A stretch of 64,000 nt of DNA, taken from the NCBI RefSeq assembly GCF_009914755.1, contig NC_060929.1. One strand, 5' to 3'. Below, in pieces: positions 1-14,359 of the stretch. The first letter of the stretch is position 1. Each line of letters starts with the position of its first letter. The position numbers and the translations under genes are program-made. The notes under the pieces were generated by a model, which did not search any database, had not been told where the DNA came from, and saw only the letters and a program-made list of their open reading frames with translations. The DNA is from the human T2T-CHM13v2.0 reference genome, Homo sapiens.

Positions 1-358
1 TACGGCAAGACCAACCCCTACTCTTCTTCCTCCTCAGCCTACTCAACATGAAGACAACAAGGGTGAAGACCTGTATGATGATCCACTTCCACTTAATAAA
101 TAGTAGATATATTTCCTCTTCCTTGTGATTTTCTTAATAACATTTTCTTTTCTCTGGCTTACTATATTGTAATATTACAGTATATAATACATATAATATA
201 CAAAATATGTGTTAATCAACTGTTTATGTTAAATCGGTAAGGCTTCCAGTCAATAGTAGGCTATTAGTAGTTAAGTTTTTGAGGTGTCAAAATTTATATA
301 TGGATTTCAACCACACAGGTCAGCGGCCCCAACCCCTGTGTTGTTCAGGGGTCAACTG
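1..358 (+). mobile_element. Tigger2a-like (TcMar-Tigger) non-autonomous DNA transposon, 5' end outside the window
   Basis: Ends in TTGTTCAGGGGTCAACTG followed by TA (Tigger2-type TIR and TA target); body resembles recalled Tigger2a/MER28 consensus; MIR-like tail follows at about 361-470. Confidence 0.75.
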
Positions 359-1086
359 TAGTAAGATTTACCTTGTTGGACCGTTATTAAGATTAATGAG
401 TTCATAAATGTATTTAGAGTAGTGCCTGACATATAGTAATCATTCAATAAATGTTAGCCATTATCATCGTTAAATAATTTCTGAAAGCATGAAGGTACTC
501 TACAACATCATCTAGTCCAACTCCTTTATTTAGTAGAAGAAACACTTAAGGTAAAAAATGTTTTGTTTTGTTTTAAATGTCACAATGTTAGGTAAGTCAG
601 AGCAGGTTCGAATTCAGCTTTCCCAGAACCCAGGCCAAAGGCCCTTTCCCTACACTTTACTCACTTTAAGATATATTCAATATTGAATTGAGTCAGTGTC
701 TACCATGCTTTCTGCTCAGTACTAAGTAAAATACTAGGTCTTTTAAATAATGTAACATCTAGTTGAGATATAGTAATAATACTGGATTTTGTATAGTGGC
801 TTTCACTTTTCAAAGTGCTTCTAACAAGTTCAAGGACAGGAAAAACATCTGTGGTGATGGAATAGTTGTTGCCTCAGGGTGGGAAGGATTGATTGAAAGG
901 GGATATGAAATGGACATGTGGGAAGTTTCTGGGATGATATCTTAATTGGAGTGTTGGTTACATAGATGTACAGGCATACCTTGGAGATACTGCAAGTTCA
1001 GTTCCAGATCAGTGGAATAAAATGAATGTTGTAGTAAAGTGAGTCACATAAATTTTTTTGTTTCCTAGTATATATAAAAGTTATCT

Positions 1087-1400
<314 letters not shown>

Positions 1401-1480
1401 CTACACTGTAGTCCATTAAGTGTGCAATGGCATTATGTCTAAAAAACAATCTGCATGCCTTAATCTTAAAATGCTGAATT

Positions 1481-1797
<317 letters not shown>

Positions 1798-4700
1798 CTA
1801 ATGATCATCTGAGTTGTACTCTTTTGGCTGTTAGAAGGTCTTGCCTTGATGTTGGTGACTGCTAACTGATCAGGTTGCTGATCAGCTGGGTGGCTTTGGC
1901 AATTTTTTAAAATAGGATGACAATGAAGTGTGCCATATGAGTTGACTCTTGAGAGAATCTCTGGAGCATGTGATGCTGTTTGATAGCATTTTACTCACAG
2001 TAGAATTTCTTTCAAAATTGGAGACGGTCCTCTCAAACCCTGCCACTCTTTCACTAAGTTTATGTAACACCCTAAATCCTATGTTGTCATTTCAACAATG
2101 TTCATAGCGTCTTCACCAGGAGTAGTTTCCATCTCAGAAACCACTTCCTTTGCTCATCCATAACAAGCAACTTCCTCCCCTGAAGTTGTAAATCCCTCAA
2201 GTCATCTACAAGGGTTGGAACCAACTTCTTCCAAATGCCTATTAACGTTGTTATTTAGGCCTTCTCCCATGAGTCACTAATGTTCTTGATGGCAGCTAGA
2301 ACGGTGACTCCCTTCCAGAAGGTTTTCAATTTACCTTGTCTAGATCCATCAGATAAATCACTATCTATGACAGCTATAGCCTTATGAAATGTGTTTCTTA
2401 AATAATGAGTCTTGAGAATCAAAACTACTCCTTGATCCATGGTTGCAGAATGAATGTTGAGTTACCAAGTATGAAGACAACATTAATCTCCTTGTGTATC
2501 TTCATCAGAGCTCTTGGGTGACCAGGTGCATTGTCAATGAGAAGTAATATTTTGAAAGAAATGTTTTCTTCTGAGCAGTAACTTTCAGCAGTGGGCTTAA
2601 AATATTCAGTAACCATGCTGTAAACAGATGTGCTGTCATCTAGGCTTTGTTGTTCTATTCATAGAGCACAGGCAAAATAGATTTAGCCTTAGGATTTTCA
2701 GAATGGTAAATGAGCATTGGCTTCAACTTCAAGTCACCAGCTGTATTAGCCCCTAACAAGAGAGTTAGCCTGTCCTTTGAAACTTTGCAGCCAGGCGGTG
2801 ACTTCTCTCTAGCTATGAAAGTCCTAGATGGCACCTTCTTCCAATATGAGGCTGTTTCACCTACATTGAAAATGTAGTTTAGCCACCCTCAACAATGATC
2901 TTAGCTAGATCTTCTGGATAACTTGCTGAAGCACGTACATTAGCACTTGCTGCTTCAACTTGCATTTCTATTTTATAAAAAATGGCTTCTTAAACCTCTG
3001 AATCAACCTCTGCTACCTTCCAACTTTCCTTCTGAAGCTTCTTTACTTCTCTCAAATTTCATAGACTTGAAGAGAGTTAGGGATTTGCTCTGGATTAGGC
3101 TTTGGCTTAAGGAAATGTGTGGCTGGTTTCATCTTCTATCCAGACCACTCAACCTTTCTCCATATCAGCAAGAAGGTTATTTTGCTTTCTTATCATTCAT
3201 GCGTTCACCGGAGTAGCACTTTAAATTTCCTTCAAGAACTTTTCCTTTGCATTCACAACTTGGCTAACTGTTTGGTGCAAGAAGCCTGGCTTTTAACCTG
3301 TTTCAGCTTTCAATATGCCTTCCTCACAAAGCTTAGTAATTTCTAGTTTTTTATTTAAAGTTAGAGACATGCAATTCTTCCTTTCATGTGAACACTTAGA
3401 GGCCATTGTAGGGTTATTAATTGGCCTAATTTCAACATTGCTGTCTCTCAAGGAATAGGGAGGCCTGAGGAGAGGGAGAGAGAAAGGAAACAGTCAGTCA
3501 GTGGGGCAGTCAGAACCCACACATTTATGAAGTTTGCTATTTTATAGGGGCATGGTTTGTGGCACCCCAAAACAATTACAATAATAATATCAATGATCAC
3601 TGATTATGGATCGCCATGACAGACATAATAATCATTAAAAAGTTTAAAATATTGCAAGAATTACCAAAATGTGATACAGAGACATGAAGTGAGCACATGC
3701 TATTGGAAAAGTGGCACCACAGACTTCCTTGATGCAGGGTTGTCACAAACCCTCAATTTGTAAAAAACACAGTATCTTCAATGCACAATAAAATGAGGTA
3801 TTCCTATGTACATTCTCTAAAATTCATCAAATTGTACACTTAAGATCTATGCATTCAATCGTTTGTAAATATTACCTCAAATTTAAAAAAAGCTACTTCT
3901 ACATACATATATTTCTCTGGTTTCTCAACACTGTTAACTATAGCACATAGATATTTCTTAAGAGTTGAGAAAATTGAAAGTTCTAAGAGGGCATGTTCAC
4001 TGATACATGGCAAAGCTAATGCTAGAAGTAGGTCTCTTGATTTCTCGTCCAACATGACTTCAAATACAAGAGTAAACTGAGACAACATAAAGCACAAATA
4101 TTACTGAAAAAAGAGAGGAGGCAACAGAAGAATTGCTAGCCTTGTTTGAAGAAAATATGGAGGAGATAGAGAGCATCACAGGACAGAAGGCTATGTGGGT
4201 GAAGTGGGAGTTATTCAAGTCCATTGCTAATATGCTCTGACTTACTTAATGCAGGTGGCATCTGCTCCTCTCTGCCAAAATGTCTCAAGCTATTGAGAGC
4301 AAGAACCATATTGTTCTGACTCTTTAATCAGGTCCCATAGCAACTGCATGCAGTAAACTCCAGGCATAAATACTGTCACTTCAGCTTTTCCTCTGGGTCA
4401 TCAAATTCTGCTTCTTTATCACTTCTCTCAACCCCTTCCCAATGAGGAAGGGACACTGTTAAGTCTCCCTTGGATAAAATCTGAGCCACTTGACTCTACT
4501 TTTCCTAATGGCAGATGCCTTGAAACCAGGAGAAGCATAAAAAACTTTGGGCTTTCTGTGGGATAGGGTGAGTGTTTAGTGATTAAAATAAAAGTCCATT
4601 GTGCTTTATTCTTCCCTCCAGATCTTATCAACATGGAAAATAATGCCCTTTACACAATGGCAAGGAAAAGTACAATGTGGTCTTTAATCTGTCCTTCATG

Positions 4701-5621
4701 TAAACACATGAGCCATTCGGCACCAAGTAAGCAAAGAGCAGTTTTATTAAGTGGGCAAGGGGGTGGGGGGTGCGGGGGGGATCCTGTCACTTTCACACAA
4801 TGCATCAGAGCTGGGCTGTGTAATGTCACTATAGTCTTAAGGTAGAACTACCCACTAAGGAGTTCTAAACTGCTCCTGTTTTTATTGGCTTGGATAGCCT
4901 GTGGTTTAACTGCACGTAGCTGAGTGACTCAGTAGAGTTCATTGACGTACACTACCCTCATTATCTACAATGCACTAGCTTTTAGGACTGGAAGGTTCCT
5001 TAAAGATCCAGGGTGTGGGGAGTGGCAGATGGAGTGGGGAAGGGTCAAAGGTGAGGAGTGGTCCAGTTTCACTACAGATCTGTCAGAGCTTGTGACCTGC
5101 ATCTTTCCTGTGGATCTTAATATACCATTGAGTCTTTGATTATTTCCTGTTCTGTTAGTCTCTAATTGCTCCATCCGTGGTGGCTTTGCTTGCCTAACTA
5201 CATCAAAAGCTCCCAGGAGGAGATCTTATTATAGTGCTAGGCCACAGCAGACAGTAACTACATGCCTTTCTCACAATTCTCATGTCTGGCACCTACTATG
5301 TGCCAGACAATGGATTCTTACAATTACCCTATGAGAGAGGCACTATAATCCTCACCTTACAAATAAGAAAGCCAAGGCTAACAAACTAGGACATGGCAGA
5401 GCTAAGATTCTATCTCACGTCTAACTTAAAATCCCATGGACTTTTCATTAATCCATTTCATTAATCATGACATTTCCATTATAAGAAAACTTTTTGTAGC
5501 TACCATTACCTATGTAACTCTCAAACTTTAGTAACTGCTTCCTATTACATTAAATTAAAACTTTCCAAGCTACCTTTTTGCATTATTTATCTTAGCCATT
5601 CTTTAAAAATTAGGAATTGTC

Positions 5622-6470
<849 letters not shown>

Positions 6471-6539
6471 CTACAACCTGAGCTCTGAAATCTGTTTTAA
6501 ATCACTGATGAAATGTAAAATGTCTTTTCTGTATACATT

Positions 6540-6960
6540 TACACATTAATTCCACAAATATGTATTGAGCAACTATTGTGTGCCACGTACTGGGGAGCAG
6601 ATGTGGCCACTGCTCTCCTAGAGCACATAATATAGTAGGGTAGATAGATATAAATGGGTAATCATACACACTAATGAAAAACTACAATTGTGCCATGCGC
6701 TTTGAAGGAAATGCACATGGCCCATTGAGAGCTTATGATGGGAGTCAATCTAGTCAGGGAGATCAGAAAAGGCTGGTATGAAAAAGAAAAACTTGAACAG
6801 ATATCAAAAGGACAAACAGTTGTTTATTGGGCATAGAAGGAAAGAAAGATCATTCCAGGCAGAAACTAATGGTTGATAAAAGCCAGTACACAGGAACAGA
6901 GAAAGCAGGAGGGCACTTGAGGAAAAATGAAGCTGAAGAGGCTTTGTAGACCATATTAAA
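6540..6960 (-). mobile_element. L2 3' fragment
   Basis: CACAAATATGTATTGAGCAACTATTGTGTGCCA and downstream L2-like purine-rich blocks. Confidence 0.6.
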
Positions 6961-6968
6961 AATCTGTC

Positions 6969-7259
6969 TTTTTTTTTTTAGATGGACTTCCGCTCTTTTG
7001 CCCAGGCTGGAGTGAAGAGGCACAATCTTGGCTCACTGCAACCTCTGCCTCCCAGGTTCAAGCAATTCTCCTGCCTCAGCCTCCCAAGTAGCTGAGATTA
7101 CAGGCACCCGCCACCATGCCTGACTAATTTTGTATTTTTAGTAGAAACGGGGTTTTGCCGTGTTGGCCAGGTTGGTCTAGAACTCTTGACCTCAGGTAAT
7201 ACACCCTCCTCGGCCTCCCAAAGTTTTATGATTACAGGCGTGAGCCACCACGCCTGGCC
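6969..7259 (-). mobile_element. AluS element
   Basis: Reverse Alu with poly-T; TSD TAAAAATCTGTCTTT. Confidence 0.95.
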
Positions 7260-7546
7260 TAAAAATCTGTCTTTATCTTCTAGTTGCAATGTGAAGATTG
7301 AATTGGAAGGCCAGAGTGAATAAACATAGACCAGATGGGAATTTATTACTGGAGTAGACAAAGTGAAAAGTGATCAGATGATTGTGGAGAAGATGGAAAG
7401 AAACTGACAGTTTTGTCCCTCCCTGGGCGATGTGCCTCTCCCTTATTCTTTATGTGTATTATACAATTGTCTTAGGACAATGAATGCCCAACAAATGGGA
7501 AAATGCTGTCTTCTCATAGTGGGATGGGAGTCAAGAAACACTACTC

Positions 7547-7830
7547 GGCCAAGTGTGGTGATTCATGTCTGTAGTCCCAGCACTTCGGGAGGCCAAGGCC
7601 AGCGGATCACTTGAGGTCACAAGTTCAAGACCAGCCTGGCCAACATGGTGAAACTCCATCTCTACTAAAAATACAAAAATTAGCCATGGCACATACCTGT
7701 AATCTGAGCTACTCAGGAGGCTGACACAGGAGAACTGCTTGAGCCCAGGAGGTGGAGGTTGCTGTGCCACTGCACTCCAGCCTAGGCAACAGAGCAAGAC
7801 TGTGTCTCAAAAAAAAAAAAAATAAAAATG
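7547..7830 (+). mobile_element. AluS element with small internal deletions
   Basis: Alu dimer; TSD AAGAAACA(C/T)TACTC. Confidence 0.93.
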
Positions 7831-8664
7831 AAAGAAAGAAACATTACTCTAGATCTAAAAAAGAGGAAGAAACTCAATGACACAGTCATATACACAGGCT
7901 CAGGACATGAAAAACTGTCTCCGTATTGGCTTTCTGCCTTTCCCTCTAACAATTCTCACTGCTTAGAAATTCTGTAAGAGGGAGATATTGAACTCGAGTC
8001 AGAGAGACCTGAGTTCTCATCTTGGTTATGTTACATAATATGTTGACTGTGTAAATAATTAATTTCTCTGATCTTAAGATTCTTCCTCTGCAAAATGGAA
8101 TAATAAATATTTCATAGGGTTGTCATAAGGATTAAATTAGGCAACACATGCGTATACATATACCTTTAGTTAATTTCGGTAACAGAAAAGTGATTTAAAA
8201 GGACTTAAACAATAAAGAAAATTATTATCTAATATACTGGAAAGTCCTAAGATACGGCAGAATTCAAGGTTGATTGACTCAGTAGCTTAATTAATTCATT
8301 CTCAACTTTCTTCTCTGTCACCCTTAATGGGCAGGGTCTTTCTTGAGCTGGTTCCCCTTACAATTATAAGTTAGAACTACCACATTTAAAGAGAGAAATA
8401 TCTAAACATAAAAAGGAAATATCCTTTGCAATATTGCATACTTAAGTGTGAGAAGCTTTAAGCAAACAGTAACAGATTTATATCTTATTAAGTAGAATGA
8501 ATTAGAATGTAAGATACACAAGAATACGATTTTGTGTCTGTTTTGTTTACTGCTGTGCCCCTAACATTCAAATAGTGGTTATGACTCAATGACTATTTGT
8601 TTGAATGGACCACATGTCTAAACCTATTCCAGCCATTAGAAAACAAGGTGGGATTATCATGTAT

Positions 8665-8848
8665 TGACACTTTTTCTATAAACGGCAAAATGATAACATA
8701 GGTTTTGTGGGCCACATACAGTCTCTGTAACACACCAGTCTTCTTCTTGGAACCTTGTAAAAACATTTTTAAAAATTGTTATCTCATGGATCTTACGATC
8801 ACAGGCCTAGGATTGAATATCCCACGGGCCATAGTCTACTACCCCTTG
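8665..8848. mobile_element. MER58-family (hAT-Charlie) MITE
   Basis: CTTTTTCTATAAACGGC...GGTTTTGTGGGCCAC...CCCACGGGCCATAGT...ACCCCT resembles MER58 ends. Confidence 0.5.
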
Positions 8849-10077
8849 GCTTACACTGATCATTTGAAATGCAACAGAGTTAAGCACCATAACCAGCATA
8901 ATATGTACAGCACTCAGCTGAGTCCTCAATATATCAAAAGCACTCAATCAATACTAGCTGCCACTGTTGTTGATAATGCTATTGTTTTTTCTTGTTCCTG
9001 TCATTCTAGGATAGCTGAACTCTAGAATAACCTGCAATAAACCTACCGTAAGAAGTTGACTGTCTCTACCCTGGACTAAACAGCATCTGGGTTACAAACT
9101 ATGTGAACCACCACATAAAAAGATGTACTGTAAGAGAATAAGTAGACATAGAAAATAATAAGCTCAAGGTCAAAAGCTAAGATTCACAAAATTAGCAGAG
9201 AATATGATAGGTGATAATGGGGAAAAATGAATTATATTCTCAAATATTAGAAAAAATCAAAGTTAAAAATGTAAAATAAGTTCCTTTATAACAGGCCATC
9301 TCAGAGTCTTGAATAGGCTAATGTACAGTAAGTCTTTCCTAGGTAAAATTCTATGTAGGTTTTCTACACAACAGAATTATTTTTCCAGAGGGCATTTCCA
9401 TGACATTTTAGAAAATAGTGCTTTAAGGTTTATGGCTGACCCTCTCATGTTTGTAGCTATTATTCCTAATCATTGAAGTAAAGTGGGTCCTTAATGTCCC
9501 CTGCTAAGCCATAGCCCTGGAGTGAAGTGGGTCCTTAATATTCCTGCTAAGCCTATCAACCCTTTTGTTGCTAAAGTGTGAGGAGGTGGGAGGGGACCTC
9601 AAATGAGGGGATCAGTTGGAATGGGTATTCACTAAATAGTATGGAAGGATTTCAGTATTTTAATAAGCAATATGACCGTACCATTATATACCACATGACT
9701 ATCAGCCCTGTCTACATTTGCCAAACAGAAAAAGAAAGATGAAGTGGCTTTTAAAGGACTACAAACGAGTATTTGGAAAAGCTGGAATGCAAATCTGGTC
9801 TTCAAGGATCCAAATCCTCTACTGCTTTCTCTCTGCCTCCCGCTTTCTTTACTTGTGCATTCCTTTTCACATCCTATGGACCACCCTAGTTAAAGACTCA
9901 GACAAGGGAAAGAATACCAGATTTGGAGACAGGGACTTATATTCAAGTCCTACTTCTGTTATTTATTAATTGTGAGACTTTAGGCAACTGACCTAATCCT
10001 ACAAGACTTAGTTTCTTCAATGGGGAAATCATGGTGATCACGCCTACATAGCAGGGCAGTTGAAAAACTTCTTAAAG

Positions 10078-10403
<326 letters not shown>

Positions 10404-11204
10404 CTATTTAGATGTTAGCCTTTCACATTATTTGCAGATTGGCATTTTCATTTAAAAAATGTGAATGTTGGAACGGTCATTCTTTTTTCAGATAAGGAAA
10501 CTCACACTTCACAGAGATTAAATTATTTACCCCAGGTCACACAGCTAATGATGACACAGCCAGGACTGATTTCAAACCTCTTGACTTCTGATTCAGGGCT
10601 ATTTTCTGGGCAGCCTCCTCTAAACTCCTAACATGGGCTTCCTATAAAGAGAGAAATGTGAATGACCCTAAACTACAGTCACGGCGCTGTTGACAGGCCA
10701 CTGTCATCAGCTCCATTCAAGTTTGCAAGAAAAAGTCCTGCTTTTGGCCCAGCACATATCTTCTATAGTTCAGGATGTACCTAGCCAATTGCTAGGTCAC
10801 TCCAGCTGCTCTGGTACTAGAAGTCACTCTAGTGCCTCTGGGACTGGAAGAGCAGAAAGTGGTTTGATCCTGCTTCTGCATAGATATAGAGGCAGAAGAT
10901 AGCAGGAACAGGGACAAGTACCATACCCCATCAGGGTCTAATTTTCAAGCCCTCATCTGCCTTAGGCCAAAGGGGTCAGGCTTTCTGGTATGACAATTGA
11001 GAGGGAAGGGTTATTCTCAGCCTATAAAGATTTAGGGTTGAGACAATCCTGACTGAAAAGCAACAGGAAGTCAAAAGGTATGGATCTACCCCAGACCCAG
11101 AACTCTAGGCAAGTTGAGTAAAGCCATGTGGTTTTGTGAAATAAACCTGGCTTTGGAGTCAAATACTTTTGGATTCAGAAACCAAGTCTCTGACTTACTT
11201 GCCC

Positions 11205-12041
11205 TGGTAGTCATTTGCATCACCTCCAAAATGTCTGGCTTTATCCTCCAGACACATGGCAGAGCTATACTTCCTGGCCCACCTGTAAATAGGTGGTGTC
11301 ATACGACTAATCCTAGTCAAAGTATGATGAAAAGAAGGGATGGATGTCACTTCTAAGTAAAGCATTTGTTGCTGATATGACACTCTCCAGAGATGCCTTT
11401 CCCTCTGGTGTAGGGATATTTGTGATGGTTGCTGCTCTGCAGCCTGTATCCCTAAGTATAATAAGCAGAGCCTTCCTGCTGGCTCCCAGTGAATATGTAT
11501 TACAAGCAAAAAATAAACCATTATATTTTAAGTTACTGAGTGTATTAGGGTTCTCTTAGAGGGACAGAACTAATAGCATAGATATATTTAGAAAAGGTGG
11601 TTTATTAAGTGTTAACTCACATGATTACAAGGTCCCACAATAGGCCTTCTACAAGATGAGGGGCAAGGAGACTCAGTCTGCGTCCCAAAACTAAAGAGCT
11701 TGGAGTCCGATATTCTAGGGCAGGAAGCATCCAGCATGGGAGAAAGATGTAGGCTGGGAGGCTAGGCCAGTCTCGTCTTTTTACATTTTTCTGCCCGCTT
11801 TATATTCTAGCCATGCTGGCAGATGATTAGATTGTGCCCACCCAGATTAATGGTGGGTCTGCCTTTCCCAGCCCACTGACTCAAATGTTAATCTCTTTTG
11901 ACAACACCCTCACAGACACACCCAAGATCAATACTTTGCATCCTTCAATCCAATCAAGTTGACACTCAGTATTAACCACCACACTGAGATTTAGAGATTG
12001 TTTGTTATTACAGCATAATCTAACATATCCAAACTGATACA
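11205..12041 (+). mobile_element. MLT1-family MaLR LTR split by an MLT2A1 LTR
   Basis: ...AATAAACC..TTTTAAGTTACTGAG | CTGAGATTTAGAGATTGTTTGTTATTACAGCATAA...ACTGATACA is the MLT1 3' end. Confidence 0.6.
11541..11983 (-). mobile_element. MLT2A1 (HERV-L) solo LTR
   Basis: TGTATTAGGGTTCTC...GTATTAACCACCACA termini; perfect 5-bp TSD CTGAG at 11536-11540 and 11984-11988. Confidence 0.88.
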
Positions 12042-12359
12042 TTAGCTATACCATTTTTAGTAAGTTATTTAGCCTCTCTGAGCATAAGTTCCTGATATTT
12101 AAAATAGGAATAAACACTTTTTCAGGGTTGTGGGGATTACCAATGGTTTATGTAAAGAAGTAGCACATATTTGGTCCTCAAGCAATGTTAACTATTACTG
12201 CTATCAAAACAAGGAGAAAAGCAGGTGGAAGCAAGATATCCTTAAAATATACACAGTTTGGAGACTTCACTCAGCCAGTCACCTAGATAGAGAGCTTTGG
12301 CAGCCAGGTAAGCCAGCTAGCAGAAGGCTCCTAAATGCCTCCAGTCAATCATTCATCCC

Positions 12360-12445
12360 TTCACTTTACCAACATATAGCGAGTATGTGAACAGTGTCAG
12401 TATACTTGCACTGTTCACATACTCACTATATGTTGGTAAAGTGAA
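12360..12445. repeat. 86-bp near-perfect palindrome / hairpin
   Basis: 37-bp arms with one mismatch around TC-AGTATACT-TG; centre between 12402 and 12403. Confidence 0.97.
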
Positions 12446-12835
12446 CTGAACATATAATGCAAAACAAAGTCCTGACTCTCCTGAACTTCACCTGTACCAT
12501 CTAACACATTTGCATACCTATATTTTTCATTTTTCTTAATTGTACCTTCACAGAGAACTAAAGGGTCGGAATTTGATCCTTTGCATTTTAAGGTGTTTTT
12601 ATTTCTTGGAAAAATGTTTGCCTATATTAACATGTAATTTCCACTGTACACCTAAAAATAAGAAAAATTATTACTATATAAATTCACAGGTGGGAAAACC
12701 AGGGTGGAGAAGCTTTTGTTTTTGTTGTTCTTATTAGCATCAAGTGGCACTGCTAGGTCTAGGATCTGTACTCTCAGATTCTTGATTAAGGATTTTTTTT
12801 CCGAATCCCAGGTTGACAATAAAGATACGAATCAC

Positions 12836-13092
12836 CACTTTAGGAGGCTGTGGCAGGCGAATCACTTGAGGCCACGAGTTTGAGACCAGCCTGGCCAACA
12901 TGGTGAAACCCCGTCTCCACTAAAAATACAAAAATTAGCCAGGCGTGCTGGTGCATGCCTGTAATCCCAGTTACTGGGGTGACTGAGGCACTAGAATAGC
13001 TTGAATTTGGGAGGCAGAGTTTGCAGTGAGCCAAGATCACGCCACTGCACTCCAGTCTGGGCAACAGAGTGAGACTCCGTCTCAAAAAAAGA
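12836..13092 (+). mobile_element. 5'-truncated AluS
   Basis: Starts at CACTTTAGGAGG; TSD approx AAAGATnnnAATCACCA. Confidence 0.9.
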
Positions 13093-14359
13093 AAGATCTC
13101 AATCACCATTTTGCCTAAGAGCTGTCTGGATAACTCCTATGTGAAAATGCTCTAGGTGAAAGATATAGGAATGTAGTCACTCTTTGATTATAATACAACA
13201 TGAACAGTATACTAGACAGAAGTGCCCCTGTATCAAATTCTGCCTACTAGTGGATCAAATTTCAGGAAGTTCCTACTTCAGAACTCTATGTGTTGAAAGA
13301 CACCTAAGTACACATCTAATGGAGACACTTTCACCAGACTGGCATAGAATATAATAAGAAAAGACCAAAACGAATAGTCCCTGGCTTCCTGGTGACTTTT
13401 ATTGGAATAAATTTCCTAGAAGGCTGGGCCACATCTAAGTTCTCACCAATAGCTCGATATTTCACTCTAAACCCATACCTTGAAATCCAACAAATCAGGA
13501 ACCAGTTCAAATGTCATCTCCTTCCGAAAACCTCCTTGATTGCCCTATTAAAAGTGATCACCAATCATCTTTTGTGTCTCAGTCTGGCACATGCTATATC
13601 CTGAAGTCATATTCAGATGGCAGAGAAGCAGATGGACCGTGCTGAGACTCCACATAAGGACATCATAAAAAAATAAAATAAGAAATATAGATTGAGGTAA
13701 ATTGTGAAGGTCCCTAAATGCCAGATTTAAAAAATCAGATTTTCCTCTACAGGCAAGAGTACCTGCTGGGAAAACTGGAGTATTTACAAAATAGAAATAT
13801 AGTGATGTGATCATTTGTGCTTCTGAAGGAAAGGAAGAAGCTGGAGTAGAAATCAGGGTTTAAATAATGTGAATGATTGAGAATCTAAACAGTTATTTTT
13901 GTCTTGGAGATGTTTTTAGATTTACATTTCACTAGCCAGATTTGCTTCTAATCCAATAAACAAGCTGGTAGTATACAATTGCAACTGAACACCTGAATGG
14001 TCAAGGCGGAAAATCGTCTCTGCAGCACCATCATCTGTGAAATCCTGGAGGAATTCTCCTAAATCGCTACTTTCATGGACGATAGCTCCTACTTTCCAAC
14101 AACCCAGGAGACTCTGAAATACAAAGTACTCTTTCTAAAAAGTTCAGTAGTTGATTTAACCAAATACTGATTGCCTTTGGAAAGTAAATTTTTGCTTACA
14201 CAGGTATCATTACAGTCACCAAGAGAGTCTGGGTGTCTTCAGTAAGCAAACCCATTATTCATTTACAACCAACACTGCATTCCTCTTCCTAAGTGGCATG
14301 GGAAATCCTGAGGTGCTCTCACTTCTATGTGTAAGACACACAGACTGCTTTGCATGAGT

